Positions 55,728 to 64,000 of a stretch of DNA of 64,000 bases are shown in pieces. Each line of letters opens with the position of its first letter. Within the stretch, counting starts at the first letter, position 1. The notes below the pieces were generated by a model that was given only the letters and a program-made list of their open reading frames with translations, made no database searches and was not told the origin of the DNA. The DNA is from an uncultured bacterium (GTDB lineage Bacteria; Krumholzibacteriota; Krumholzibacteriia; Krumholzibacteriales; Krumholzibacteriaceae): positions 64,001-128,000 of the forward strand of contig CAWFAD010000008.1 in assembly GCA_963813815.1 (NCBI GenBank), written 5' to 3'. The translations under genes were made by a program, and so were the position numbers.

Positions 55728-58700
55728 TCAGCGCTTCTCGATCTTCGGTTCGTGATCGAAGATCTTTCCCTTGCCGCTGATCTTTCCGCTCAGGAACTCG
55801 ATCGCCTTCTCGAGCTGCACGTCGCGTCCCTGCTTCTCCATCTCGGGCGGGCTCTCGACGAATATGTCGGGAATGGCGCCCCGGCTCTCGAGCTGGGCGC
55901 CCGTGCTGACCTCCCAGATGCCGATGAAGGTTTTGCGGATCTGGCCGCCGTCGATGAGCGGATGCCCGGTCACGGCGATCACGAATCCGAGAGTCGGCGT
56001 TCCGATGAGCGTGCCGAGGCCGCGCTCCTTCATGGCGCTCGGGAACACCTCGGCGTCGGAGTACGAGTACTCGTTGATGAGCACGACGATCTCCCCCATG
56101 AAAACCTCGGTCGGCCGCGGCTCGGGGGACTGGTTGCGCGTCTTCTCGACGTGGTAGGGACGGCGCTCGAGGTAGTCGATGATCCGCTCGTCGATGCTCC
56201 CGCCGCCGTTGTAGCGGACGTCGATGATGATCGCGTCCTTGTAGCGGTACTTCTCGAACTTTTCGCGGAACTCGCCGAGCCCCGCCGTCTCCATGTCGGC
56301 GAGGTGCATGTAGCCGATGCGTCCTTCGCTCCGCTCGTCGACGAACCGCTCGTTCCGCCACGCCCAGTCGCCGTACCGAACCCGCGCCTCGTAGAAGAGC
56401 GGCATGAAGCGCGTCTTCACGGCGCCCTTCATTTCCGGCGCGCCGTTGGTCGTTATCGTGATCCTGTTCGAGGTCTTGTCGACGAGATACTGGTGAAAGT
56501 TCTCGAACGGCCGGATCTCCCGCCCGTCGATCGCGAGGAGGTAATCCCCCTCCTTCACCTTGACGTAGTCGTTGTTGAGCGGGGATTGCTCCATGCTCGA
56601 CGTCGACGCCTTCTCCCCGCGGAAAATCCGCGCGATGCGCGCGAAGCCCGTCTTCTCGTCGAGCTCGAGGGAGGCGCCGAGGTGCGCCATCGAGGCCGTG
56701 GGGGTCTCGCGTTCGTCCCCTCCGCTCGCCCCCTGGTGCGAGGCGTTGAGCTCGCCGACCATCTCGTTGAGGAGGATGTTGAGCTCGCCGCGGGTCTGGA
56801 CGTACGGCAGGAGGTTCCCGTAGTACTCCTTGACGCCGTCCCAATCCACGCCGTGGAGGTTCGGATCGTAGAAATGGTACTTCACCATTCGCCACGATTC
56901 GTCGAAGATCTGCCGCCACTCGGCCCGGCGATCGAGCTTCATGCGCGTGCGCTTCGCGAAATCGTACTTCTCCTTCGTGTCCGCGGCGTCGTCCTTCTTC
57001 GCAGCGGGCGCCTTGGAGCCGACCTTGACGAAGCTGAAAACGCTGCCGTCGTAGATGACGAGCTTTTCCTTGTTCGCCGCGATACCGTACGTGACGATGG
57101 ACGAGGCGATTTTCTCGCTCTTCAGCTTATCGACGCTGAACATGTAGAGATCGAAGGAGGGCCGGAAGAGAAACATCCGCGCGCCCTGCACGAGGTAGTA
57201 GTAGTGCTTCTCCGCGGCCTGGATGTTGTGCAGGCTGAGGCCGACGGCCTTCGGGAGCCGCCGGATGCGGTTCTCGATGCCGGCGAAGTCGATCTTCACC
57301 TCGACCTTTTTCTGGACCTTTTTCGCGGCCTTCCCCTTCTTGCCCGGTTTCCCGTCGGCGTCCTCCTCCTCGCCGTCTTCCTCCTCCGCCTCGCCGTTTT
57401 CGTCGTCCGAGCTCTCGTCCGGGGCGACGCCCGTTTCCTCGTCGTCCTTGAACTCGAAGGGCGCCTTTTCCTCGGGGAGGAGGCTCAGCCGCGCGAGCGC
57501 CGGCGAATCGCTGATGCGGGCCGTCATGAGAAGGAGATACTTGCCGTCGGGAGTGAACACGGGCTCCCAGTCGTCGCCGAGGTCGCGCGTGATCTGATGG
57601 TTCTCGCCCGTTTTCACGTGGTAGATGAAGATGTCGCGGTTGCGGTTCCGCGCGGAGAAGTCGTAAGCGATCCACTGTCCGTCCGGGGACCACGAGTAGC
57701 TCGTGATCTCGCGATGCTCGTTCTTGGCGACGAGCTTCGGCTCGCCCCCCTCGCGACCGAGCAGGTAGAGCGCGTTTTCCTCGGTCGTGAAGAGCAGCTG
57801 GTCGCTCCCCGGCGACCAGCCGAGATCGCTCTTGAAGTGCCCGCTCGAGGTGAGCTTCTTCTCCGTCTCCTCGCCCATCTGGTCGACGAGGTAGACCTCG
57901 TCCTCGCCCGACTTGTCGCTCACGTAGGCGATCCATTTCCCGTCGGGGGACCATGCGGGGCTCCCGTCGCGCGCCCCGGACGACTGCGTGAGGTTGCGCA
58001 CGTCGCCGTGCTCCGCGGGCATCGTGTAGATCTCGCCGCGCGCTTCGTAGACGATGCGCTTGGCCGAGGGAGACACGTCGAAGCCGCTCAAATGCTCGAT
58101 GGGGCTCACGTAGCTCACCATGTCGTTCCGCGCGTCGAGCGGCGCCCGGACGACCACCTCGCGGCTCTCCTCCGTCGCCGTGTCGAGAACGTAGAGGCGC
58201 GCGTCGCGCTCGAAGACGATCTTCGCGCCGTCCGCGCTCATCGAGGGCCACGTGACGCCGTGCTTCTCAAAGCGCGTCACCTGCTTCGCTTTCTTCGTCG
58301 CGAGATCGTAGCAGTAGATGTTGTTCACGCCGCCCTCGCGGTCCGAGGCGAAGTAGATCCGCTCCCCGGCCCACATCGGCCAGGCGTCGTTTCCCTCCCA
58401 GTCCGTGATCTTCGCGAAGGTGCCGGCCTTGAAGTCGTAGATCCAGACGTCCTGGTTGGCGCTCCCCTTGTAGCGCTTCCACCACCAAAAGGAATCGGAG
58501 CTCCGGTTGAAGGCGAGCTTCGCGCCGTCCGGGGAGTAGCACGCGAAGCTTCCCTTGCCGAGGGGGAGCTCCACGGGAAGGCCGCCGGCCGCCGGCACCC
58601 GGAAAAATTTCTTGAAGAAGCGCACGAACGACTCCTGCGTCGAGGAGTAGACGATCTCCTTGCCGTCGCGGGTCCAGCACACCGGCGAGCCCCCCGCGGC

Positions 58701-59045
58701 GTGCCACGTGAGCTGCACCGGCCCGCGCGTTCCGTCCGCGGACATCACGCAGACGCTGTTCGAACGCCCGTTGTAATCGCCCGAAAAGGCGATCCACTTC
58801 CCGTCGGGGGAGAATTTCGGATAATCCTCGCCCCCTTCGTGAACGGTGACGCGCCGCGCCTCGCCGCCCTCCTCGGGCACGAGCCAGAGGTCGCCCGCCC
58901 ACGTGAAGACGATTGTCCCGCCGTTGATGTCGGGACGGCGCATGAGCCGAATCGGCTCGGCGCCGGCGCTCGAGACGACCTCGCCCACCGAGGCCGCGAG
59001 GAACACGAACGTCGCCGCGAGCGCGAAGAGAACGGTCCGTTTCAT
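55728..59045 (-). CDS. Tricorn-like S41 family protease (beta-propellers, PDZ, S41)
   Basis: Signal peptide; repeated WSPDG(K/Q)W PD40 repeats; LHGVDW, ELNASH, IIDVRYNGGG, SDAE. Confidence 0.93.
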   Translation of the reverse strand: MKRTVLFALAATFVFLAASVGEVVSSAGAEPIRLMRRPDINGGTIVFTWAGDLWLVPEEGGEARRVTVHEGGEDYPKFSPDGKWIAFSGDYNGRSNSVCVMSADGTRGPVQLTWHAAGGSPVCWTRDGKEIVYSSTQESFVRFFKKFFRVPAAGGLPVELPLGKGSFACYSPDGAKLAFNRSSDSFWWWKRYKGSANQDVWIYDFKAGTFAKITDWEGNDAWPMWAGERIYFASDREGGVNNIYCYDLATKKAKQVTRFEKHGVTWPSMSADGAKIVFERDARLYVLDTATEESREVVVRAPLDARNDMVSYVSPIEHLSGFDVSPSAKRIVYEARGEIYTMPAEHGDVRNLTQSSGARDGSPAWSPDGKWIAYVSDKSGEDEVYLVDQMGEETEKKLTSSGHFKSDLGWSPGSDQLLFTTEENALYLLGREGGEPKLVAKNEHREITSYSWSPDGQWIAYDFSARNRNRDIFIYHVKTGENHQITRDLGDDWEPVFTPDGKYLLLMTARISDSPALARLSLLPEEKAPFEFKDDEETGVAPDESSDDENGEAEEEDGEEEDADGKPGKKGKAAKKVQKKVEVKIDFAGIENRIRRLPKAVGLSLHNIQAAEKHYYYLVQGARMFLFRPSFDLYMFSVDKLKSEKIASSIVTYGIAANKEKLVIYDGSVFSFVKVGSKAPAAKKDDAADTKEKYDFAKRTRMKLDRRAEWRQIFDESWRMVKYHFYDPNLHGVDWDGVKEYYGNLLPYVQTRGELNILLNEMVGELNASHQGASGGDERETPTASMAHLGASLELDEKTGFARIARIFRGEKASTSSMEQSPLNNDYVKVKEGDYLLAIDGREIRPFENFHQYLVDKTSNRITITTNGAPEMKGAVKTRFMPLFYEARVRYGDWAWRNERFVDERSEGRIGYMHLADMETAGLGEFREKFEKYRYKDAIIIDVRYNGGGSIDERIIDYLERRPYHVEKTRNQSPEPRPTEVFMGEIVVLINEYSYSDAEVFPSAMKERGLGTLIGTPTLGFVIAVTGHPLIDGGQIRKTFIGIWEVSTGAQLESRGAIPDIFVESPPEMEKQGRDVQLEKAIEFLSGKISGKGKIFDHEPKIEKR

Positions 59046-59181
59046 CGGATTCCTTTCTGTCCGGGACACGAAACTGACGCTTGCGTGCATATGCGAATAC
59101 ACTATAGCTTTTTTTGCGCGGCGCCCGAAATGCCCATGGCCGCGTGCGGCCCGCGGCGGGGGTTTCCGGCCGTTCGGGGAA

Positions 59182-59213
59182 GGAGAGGCGGCGCCCGCAG
59201 GAGCCGCCTCTCC
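59182..59213. terminator. Stem-loop downstream of the YCF48-like gene
   Basis: GGAGAGGCGGC/GCCGCCTCTCC stem; weak U-tract. Confidence 0.55.
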
Positions 59214-59244
59214 CGTCACTTTCATTCAGCCGTCCGGCGCCTCG

Positions 59245-61545
59245 CTACCGGAGCAGCACCATCTTGCGCGTCTGCTCTCCCGTGCTCGTCGAGAGCTGGT
59301 AGAAATACACGCCCGTGGCGAGACCGTCGGCCCGGAAGGCCACGGTGTAGTCCCCGGCCTCGAGGTCGCGGTTCATCACGGTCGCGACGAGCTTCCCGGC
59401 CGCGTCGAACACGTTGATGGTCACGTGATCGTCCGTCGCGAGCGTGAACGCGATCGTCGTCGACGGGTTGAACGGGTTCGGGAAGTTCTGATTGAGGACG
59501 AAGGGCAGGCTCTTCGGCGTGCCCGCGTCGGCGACCGCGTCGGCGCGGCTGAGGACGTTCGCGTAGTGGCAGCCGACCCAGAGGACGCCGGCGGCGCCCT
59601 GATAGTGAACCGCCATGACGTCGTACGTCGTGACGATCGGCGTCACGTTCGCGTTCGTCCAGCTGGCGCCGCTATCGATGCTGTAATAGAGAAGCTGATC
59701 GGCGCCGGCGACCCACAGCCGGTTCGGCGTGTTGAACGCGATGTACGTGAGGTTCACCGTGCCCCAGGGAACGGCCTGCACGGCCCACGTCGCGCCGCCG
59801 TCAACGGTCTTGACGAGCGTTCCGCCGTCGCCCGCCGCGAAGCCGGTGGTCGCGTTGATCATGACGACCTCTTCGAGATCGAGCGTGCTCGTCGCGATGT
59901 TCTCCGTGGCGTACGGCCACGTGACGCCGCCGTCCGCCGTGTAGCGGATGCGGTTGTCGTCGCCGACCGCGGCGCCGACCATCACGCTGCCGGGGGCGAA
60001 GGAGACGCCGTTCCACTGCATGCTCGTCGTGATGGCGGCATCCGGCCCGACGACCTCGACGAGCGTGACGCCTCCGTCGACGGTCTTCCAGATGACTTCG
60101 TCGCGCGAGGTGCCGTTGGCCTTGTGGCCGACGACGATGCCGTTCATCGTGTCGAACCAGTGCATGCCGAGATATCCATCCTGCAGGGCGAGCGTGTGGT
60201 AGAGCTCCGTCCACGTTCTGCCCTTGTCGAACGACTTGCAGAGGTATCCCGTGCCGCCGCTCGCGTACATGACGTCGTTGTAGCTCGGATCCCACGCGCC
60301 CGCGGGCGGGTCGTTGAGGTTCACGACGTACTCGAGCTCCCCGACCGTCGTCGGACCCCAGTTGTTGGGGGCGCACATGCCGTACGCGTAGGTTCCGGCC
60401 AGGCGGTTCCAGTAGAGCAGCGCCCCGCCGGCGCCGAAGCCCCAGATCTCGTCCTTGCCGCTGTTCGCGAAGGCCTGAACGCCCTGATACGGCATGCCGC
60501 CGTCGTACGAGAACGTCCACGTGGCGCCGCGGTCGCTCGAAATCGCGATGAGGCCGGACGCCCCGACGGCGACGACCTTGTTCGTTCCGGGCAGGGCGCA
60601 CGCATCGGAGATTTCATCGCCGTAGAAGGCCGGATACCGCGTCCACGTCGCGTAGCTCGGGCCCGTCCCGTGGATGGAAATGCCGGCCGACTGCGTTCCG
60701 CCGCCCACGATCATGACCTCTCCGTCGTCGAACGCGCCGATGCCGTTGCCGTACGAATAGGTCGCCCACGAATACAGAGGATCCGGGCTGTTGAACGTCG
60801 CGCCGCCGTCCGCCGAAACGAGAATAACGGTCGGCTGCGCGCCGACGTTCGATCCCCAGCCGGTGGCGACCCAGGTCGTCGCGCTCACCGGGAGGACGGC
60901 CTCTACGTCAAAACGCGAATAGGGATACATCCCGTAGTTCATGGTGGACCGGACCCAGTTCGCGCCGCCGTCCGTCGTGTACATGCAGCCGTTGCCGTCG
61001 ATGCCGGCGACGCCGACGGTCGCGCTCGCGAACTTGATGTCGGTGCACTGGTCGGTGGAGGGATTCGTGACGACGGCGTTGGCCCACGTCGCGCCGCCGT
61101 TCGTCGTCGAGTAGATCTGGCAGACCACGTTGTCGGCCCCGCCGCCGATCCACCCGTTCGCGCCGACCAACGACACGCCGTAGATGGCGGCGGTCGTGAG
61201 AACGCCGCTCTGCGCGTGAAGGGCCCAGTTCGTGCCGTCCGTCGTGTAGATGATCGTTCCGGCCGCGCCGACGGCGAAACCGTTCAGCGCGTCGGTGAAG
61301 AAGACGTCGTTCAAGCCGTTCGTCGTCGGCGACGTCTGCTGATTCCACGTGGCGCCGCCGTCGATCGTCTTGAAAATCGATCCGCTCGTGCCGACGATGT
61401 ATCCGACGGTCGCCGTCGGAAAGTGCACGGCGGTGAAGCTGTAGCTCAAATCCGGCTTGTATTCATATTGCCACTGCGCGAAGGCCGATCCTGCGAGAAG
61501 CAGCAGCAGCGCGACACACAGGCCAGCGATTCTGAATCTCCTCAT
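59245..61545 (-). CDS. Secreted YCF48/BNR (Asp-box) beta-propeller protein with FlgD-Ig/T9SS-like C-terminal domain
   Basis: Signal peptide; about 10 (T/S)xDGGxTW-type repeats; LNQNFPNPFNPST...GVYFY...KMVLLR. Confidence 0.88.
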   Translation of the reverse strand: MRRFRIAGLCVALLLLLAGSAFAQWQYEYKPDLSYSFTAVHFPTATVGYIVGTSGSIFKTIDGGATWNQQTSPTTNGLNDVFFTDALNGFAVGAAGTIIYTTDGTNWALHAQSGVLTTAAIYGVSLVGANGWIGGGADNVVCQIYSTTNGGATWANAVVTNPSTDQCTDIKFASATVGVAGIDGNGCMYTTDGGANWVRSTMNYGMYPYSRFDVEAVLPVSATTWVATGWGSNVGAQPTVILVSADGGATFNSPDPLYSWATYSYGNGIGAFDDGEVMIVGGGTQSAGISIHGTGPSYATWTRYPAFYGDEISDACALPGTNKVVAVGASGLIAISSDRGATWTFSYDGGMPYQGVQAFANSGKDEIWGFGAGGALLYWNRLAGTYAYGMCAPNNWGPTTVGELEYVVNLNDPPAGAWDPSYNDVMYASGGTGYLCKSFDKGRTWTELYHTLALQDGYLGMHWFDTMNGIVVGHKANGTSRDEVIWKTVDGGVTLVEVVGPDAAITTSMQWNGVSFAPGSVMVGAAVGDDNRIRYTADGGVTWPYATENIATSTLDLEEVVMINATTGFAAGDGGTLVKTVDGGATWAVQAVPWGTVNLTYIAFNTPNRLWVAGADQLLYYSIDSGASWTNANVTPIVTTYDVMAVHYQGAAGVLWVGCHYANVLSRADAVADAGTPKSLPFVLNQNFPNPFNPSTTIAFTLATDDHVTINVFDAAGKLVATVMNRDLEAGDYTVAFRADGLATGVYFYQLSTSTGEQTRKMVLLR

Positions 61546-61684
61546 GTTGTAACCTCCCCTGGCGCTGTATCAGGAAGGCCGGTTCCCGAACGAGTGCATT
61601 GATCTTTCCCCCCATCGAACGCTCGGGAACGCAGAGTCACTGATTTAGACGTTACGGCTGACGGCGCGGCACCACCTCCTTCTG

Positions 61685-63175
61685 TCATCGTTCGAGACGA
61701 GTGAACCAGAGAATTCCGCCGAGATCCTGTCTCTGGAGATCTTCGTACCCCGCGTCTTCGGTCACGTTGCGGGCGTAGAGCACCTGAGCCTCGACCCGCC
61801 ACCAGTGCCACTGATACGACGCGCCGGCGGTGAAGCGATAGCGATCGGTGTTGACGGGAAGCTTGAGCCAGCGGTCGGCGAGGTAGTCGGTGACCTCGAC
61901 GCCGCCGCGGACGGAGAACACCTGATAGGCCGCGTACTCGATCCCGAGCCGGCCGACGTTCTGCGCGAACTCCTGCGTCCGGAAGCTGTTCGCGCCGTAA
62001 TCCTCCGCGGAAATCTCCCAGCTGTTGAGAACGTACTCGCCCGACACGATGAGGTGCAGCGGCTCGTACGCGTAGCTCGCCCCCGCCCCGACCGAGCGCA
62101 GCCGCATCGGGTTGTTGTAGAGAAGCACGTCGTCGTAGCGGGGACGCATCGCCCAGCCGGTCTGATCGAGCGACCGCGCGCTGAGCCCCAGCACGAACGG
62201 CAGGCCGCGCGGCGTGTACCGGGCGAGGATCCGGGCGTCGACCGCCTCGTCCTCCCAGTAGCCGACTTCCTCGGGGTTCGACACGTTGTACCGGATCGAG
62301 TTGTCCGCGAAACGGTACGAGAGCTCGGCGCCCACCGTCACGGGGCCCCCCGAGACGAAGTTCTGCGCGACGAGCTCCGCGCCGCGCGATATCTCCCGGA
62401 GGCTGTAGGACGAGAACGAGCGGATCTCGTAGATCTCGTCTCCCGAATACCGGTAGATGATGTTGTCGAACCCTTCGTCCGTCTTCTCGAAGTTCGTGCG
62501 GTTCTGGAGCCGGAGCGGCCGCACGACGAAGCCGAGGCTCCACGATCGCCGCGGCGAGAAGAGGAGCCCGAAGTTGCCTCTCACGTAGTTGTGCACGATC
62601 TCGGGCCTCGTGTAGAAATCCTTGAGCCCCGTCGAGATTTCGTAGTCGAAGCCGAGGCCGACCGCGACCTTATCGGAGAGCCGGAGCGAGTAATCGGCCC
62701 CCATGACGGGGCCCCAGTGCGTGATGTCCCCCGTCGTGAGATCGGTGAGATAGAACGGATCGTTGTACTGATCGATCTCGAGGGAGCGCTCCTGCTCGTG
62801 CTGCAGGATACGCTCGTAGCGGAAAGATCCCGACGCGGCGTGGCGGTCGCCGAGGCGCTTCCGGCCCGCGAAGGCGGCGTACCCGTCGCTCAGGGTGCGC
62901 GGGTCGTACGGCCGCTTGAGATCCCCCTGCGATTCGGCGTACTCCACGGCGAGGCGGATCCACGAATCCTCGAAATCGTACACGAGGTAGGCGGGGTTCC
63001 GCCCGAAATCGTAGGGGTTGAGCTGGTTGTCGCGGTCGACGAGCGCTATCGAGCAGTTGCCCATCGTCGAGACCCTGATTCCGCCGGCCGACGCCGCCGC
63101 CGCGGCGAGAGCGATCGCGCCGAGCGCGAGCGCCGCCGCGCGGACTGTCGTTCGCATGACTGACGTCCCGTTCAT
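61685..63175 (-). CDS. Outer-membrane beta-barrel protein, DUF6850-like
   Basis: Signal peptide; NPAYL near the N-terminus, G.L.RP, DPFYLTD..TG; amphipathic strands; directly downstream of a DUF4876-like gene. Confidence 0.65.
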   Translation of the reverse strand: MNGTSVMRTTVRAAALALGAIALAAAAASAGGIRVSTMGNCSIALVDRDNQLNPYDFGRNPAYLVYDFEDSWIRLAVEYAESQGDLKRPYDPRTLSDGYAAFAGRKRLGDRHAASGSFRYERILQHEQERSLEIDQYNDPFYLTDLTTGDITHWGPVMGADYSLRLSDKVAVGLGFDYEISTGLKDFYTRPEIVHNYVRGNFGLLFSPRRSWSLGFVVRPLRLQNRTNFEKTDEGFDNIIYRYSGDEIYEIRSFSSYSLREISRGAELVAQNFVSGGPVTVGAELSYRFADNSIRYNVSNPEEVGYWEDEAVDARILARYTPRGLPFVLGLSARSLDQTGWAMRPRYDDVLLYNNPMRLRSVGAGASYAYEPLHLIVSGEYVLNSWEISAEDYGANSFRTQEFAQNVGRLGIEYAAYQVFSVRGGVEVTDYLADRWLKLPVNTDRYRFTAGASYQWHWWRVEAQVLYARNVTEDAGYEDLQRQDLGGILWFTRLER

Positions 63176-63190
63176 CGAACTCCTCTTCCT

Positions 63191-64000
63191 CTACCGTGCG
63201 TGACTGTACCCGGGCGTCGGTCTCGTCGGCTCGAAGTCGAACGCGCTGTTGTCGGAATCGAGCCCGGGGGTTTTTCGTTCCATCGATATACCGCTGTATT
63301 TCACGATCCCGTTGCCGCCGAGGGCGCCGTCGAGACGTTTCGTAATGTACCGCGGAGAGTCGGGATTGGCGGAGTACTCGACGGCGTCGAGGATCGTGTA
63401 GAGCGGCACCTCGACGTACTGGGAGCAGACGAGGCCGCCCGAGGTCGAGGTGTAGCAGTGCTCCGCGTGCCGGTACTCTTCGCCCGTCGCGAGCCAGAGC
63501 GCGCAATGCCCGATGTTGTAGCTGAAATCGCTCCCCAGCATCGAGATCGGCGTGAGATCGGGAACGGCGCGGTTATCGTAGTCGTTCGCGAGCGCGTTGA
63601 AGAACTCCCAGTCGGCCCCCAAGAGGTTGATGCACAGCGAGCCGTAGAGGTTGTGGTTCACCGCGTCGGAAGCGATCACGAGGTAATCGTACGGCGCGAT
63701 CGGGCACTCGCGCGTCACGCCTCTCACGCCGGGGAACCGGTAGACGTAGTAGCCGAGCGCGAAATCGACCGTTTCCCAATCCATAATATAGTCGACCTGC
63801 GTGCTCCGGCACACGATGTGTCCGTCGAGGTAGATCGTGTCGGCGGTCGAGTTGTAGAGCTCGACGAACTGGTCGTAGTAGTAAAAGATGGAGCCGTTGC
63901 AGCCGCAGAAGTAGACCTCGTTCAGGACGACCGGGGAAAGCTTCACGAACGAGAGGAGCAGGCTGTCCCTGAGCTCGGCCTCGTACCGGATGTTCATCTG
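63191..64000 (-). CDS. DUF4876-like (lamin-tail-domain-like) protein, 5' end truncated by window edge
   Basis: LNEVYFCG, DQFVELYN....IYLDG, AVNH, L.GADWEF, DN.AVPDL, ILDAVE, D.DNS..DF. Confidence 0.75.
   Translation of the reverse strand, partial: QMNIRYEAELRDSLLLSFVKLSPVVLNEVYFCGCNGSIFYYYDQFVELYNSTADTIYLDGHIVCRSTQVDYIMDWETVDFALGYYVYRFPGVRGVTRECPIAPYDYLVIASDAVNHNLYGSLCINLLGADWEFFNALANDYDNRAVPDLTPISMLGSDFSYNIGHCALWLATGEEYRHAEHCYTSTSGGLVCSQYVEVPLYTILDAVEYSANPDSPRYITKRLDGALGGNGIVKYSGISMERKTPGLDSDNSAFDFEPTRPTPGYSHAR

Noticed and set aside
57290..57450. Acidic then Lys-rich low-complexity stretch in the tricorn protease
   Set aside because: A charged linker at this position is usual in bacterial tricorn homologs.
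42350..59417. Very long alternative ORFs (e.g. 42350-45682 +, 55707-59417 +, 53154-55514 -)
   Set aside because: Stop-poor antisense frames typical of high-GC coding DNA. They lie opposite well-supported genes and carry no motifs.
59780..61370. Recurrent GTCGCGCCGCCGTC-like DNA repeats
   Set aside because: Explained by the Asp-box (DGGATW) protein repeats.

Overview
High-GC bacterial chromosomal window with about 50 genes. Three secreted proteins end in an NPFNP-type FlgD-Ig/T9SS-like sorting domain, which suggests an FCB-superphylum lineage such as Krumholzibacteriota, Latescibacterota or Eisenbacteria (inference only). Recognisable content: a complete Pho locus (phoB-phoR-porin-pstSCAB-phoU) with three 11-bp-periodic Pho-box-like arrays; a cobalamin riboswitch with a BtuB-like receptor; an smpB-amidase-GerMN-murI-rdgB-ABC operon; tRNA-Pro(TGG) and tRNA-Leu(CAG); glycosyltransferases; M16 and tricorn proteases; an acyl-CoA dehydratase activase pair; a LytS/LytTR two-component system; a GHMP kinase with a nucleotidyltransferase; a B12-binding radical SAM enzyme; an atypical transketolase; and the end of a DUF4876/DUF6850-like locus. 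The best candidate for an undescribed system is a lower-GC islet at about 1.1-2.6 kb. It holds a membrane-anchored CxxC thioredoxin-like oxidoreductase, then two paralogous secreted peptides that each carry 10 cysteines in the same framework, then a long hairpin. Other oddities are a poly-Gln/Met-rich periplasmic protein with a possible sigma54 promoter, a secreted C39-like peptidase with SFFD repeats, and a YchF with a Walker A K-to-R change. Five genes carry single-base frameshifts, probably assembly errors. No CRISPR array, integrase, transposase or rRNA was seen. All family calls come from motif recognition by eye, not from database searches.
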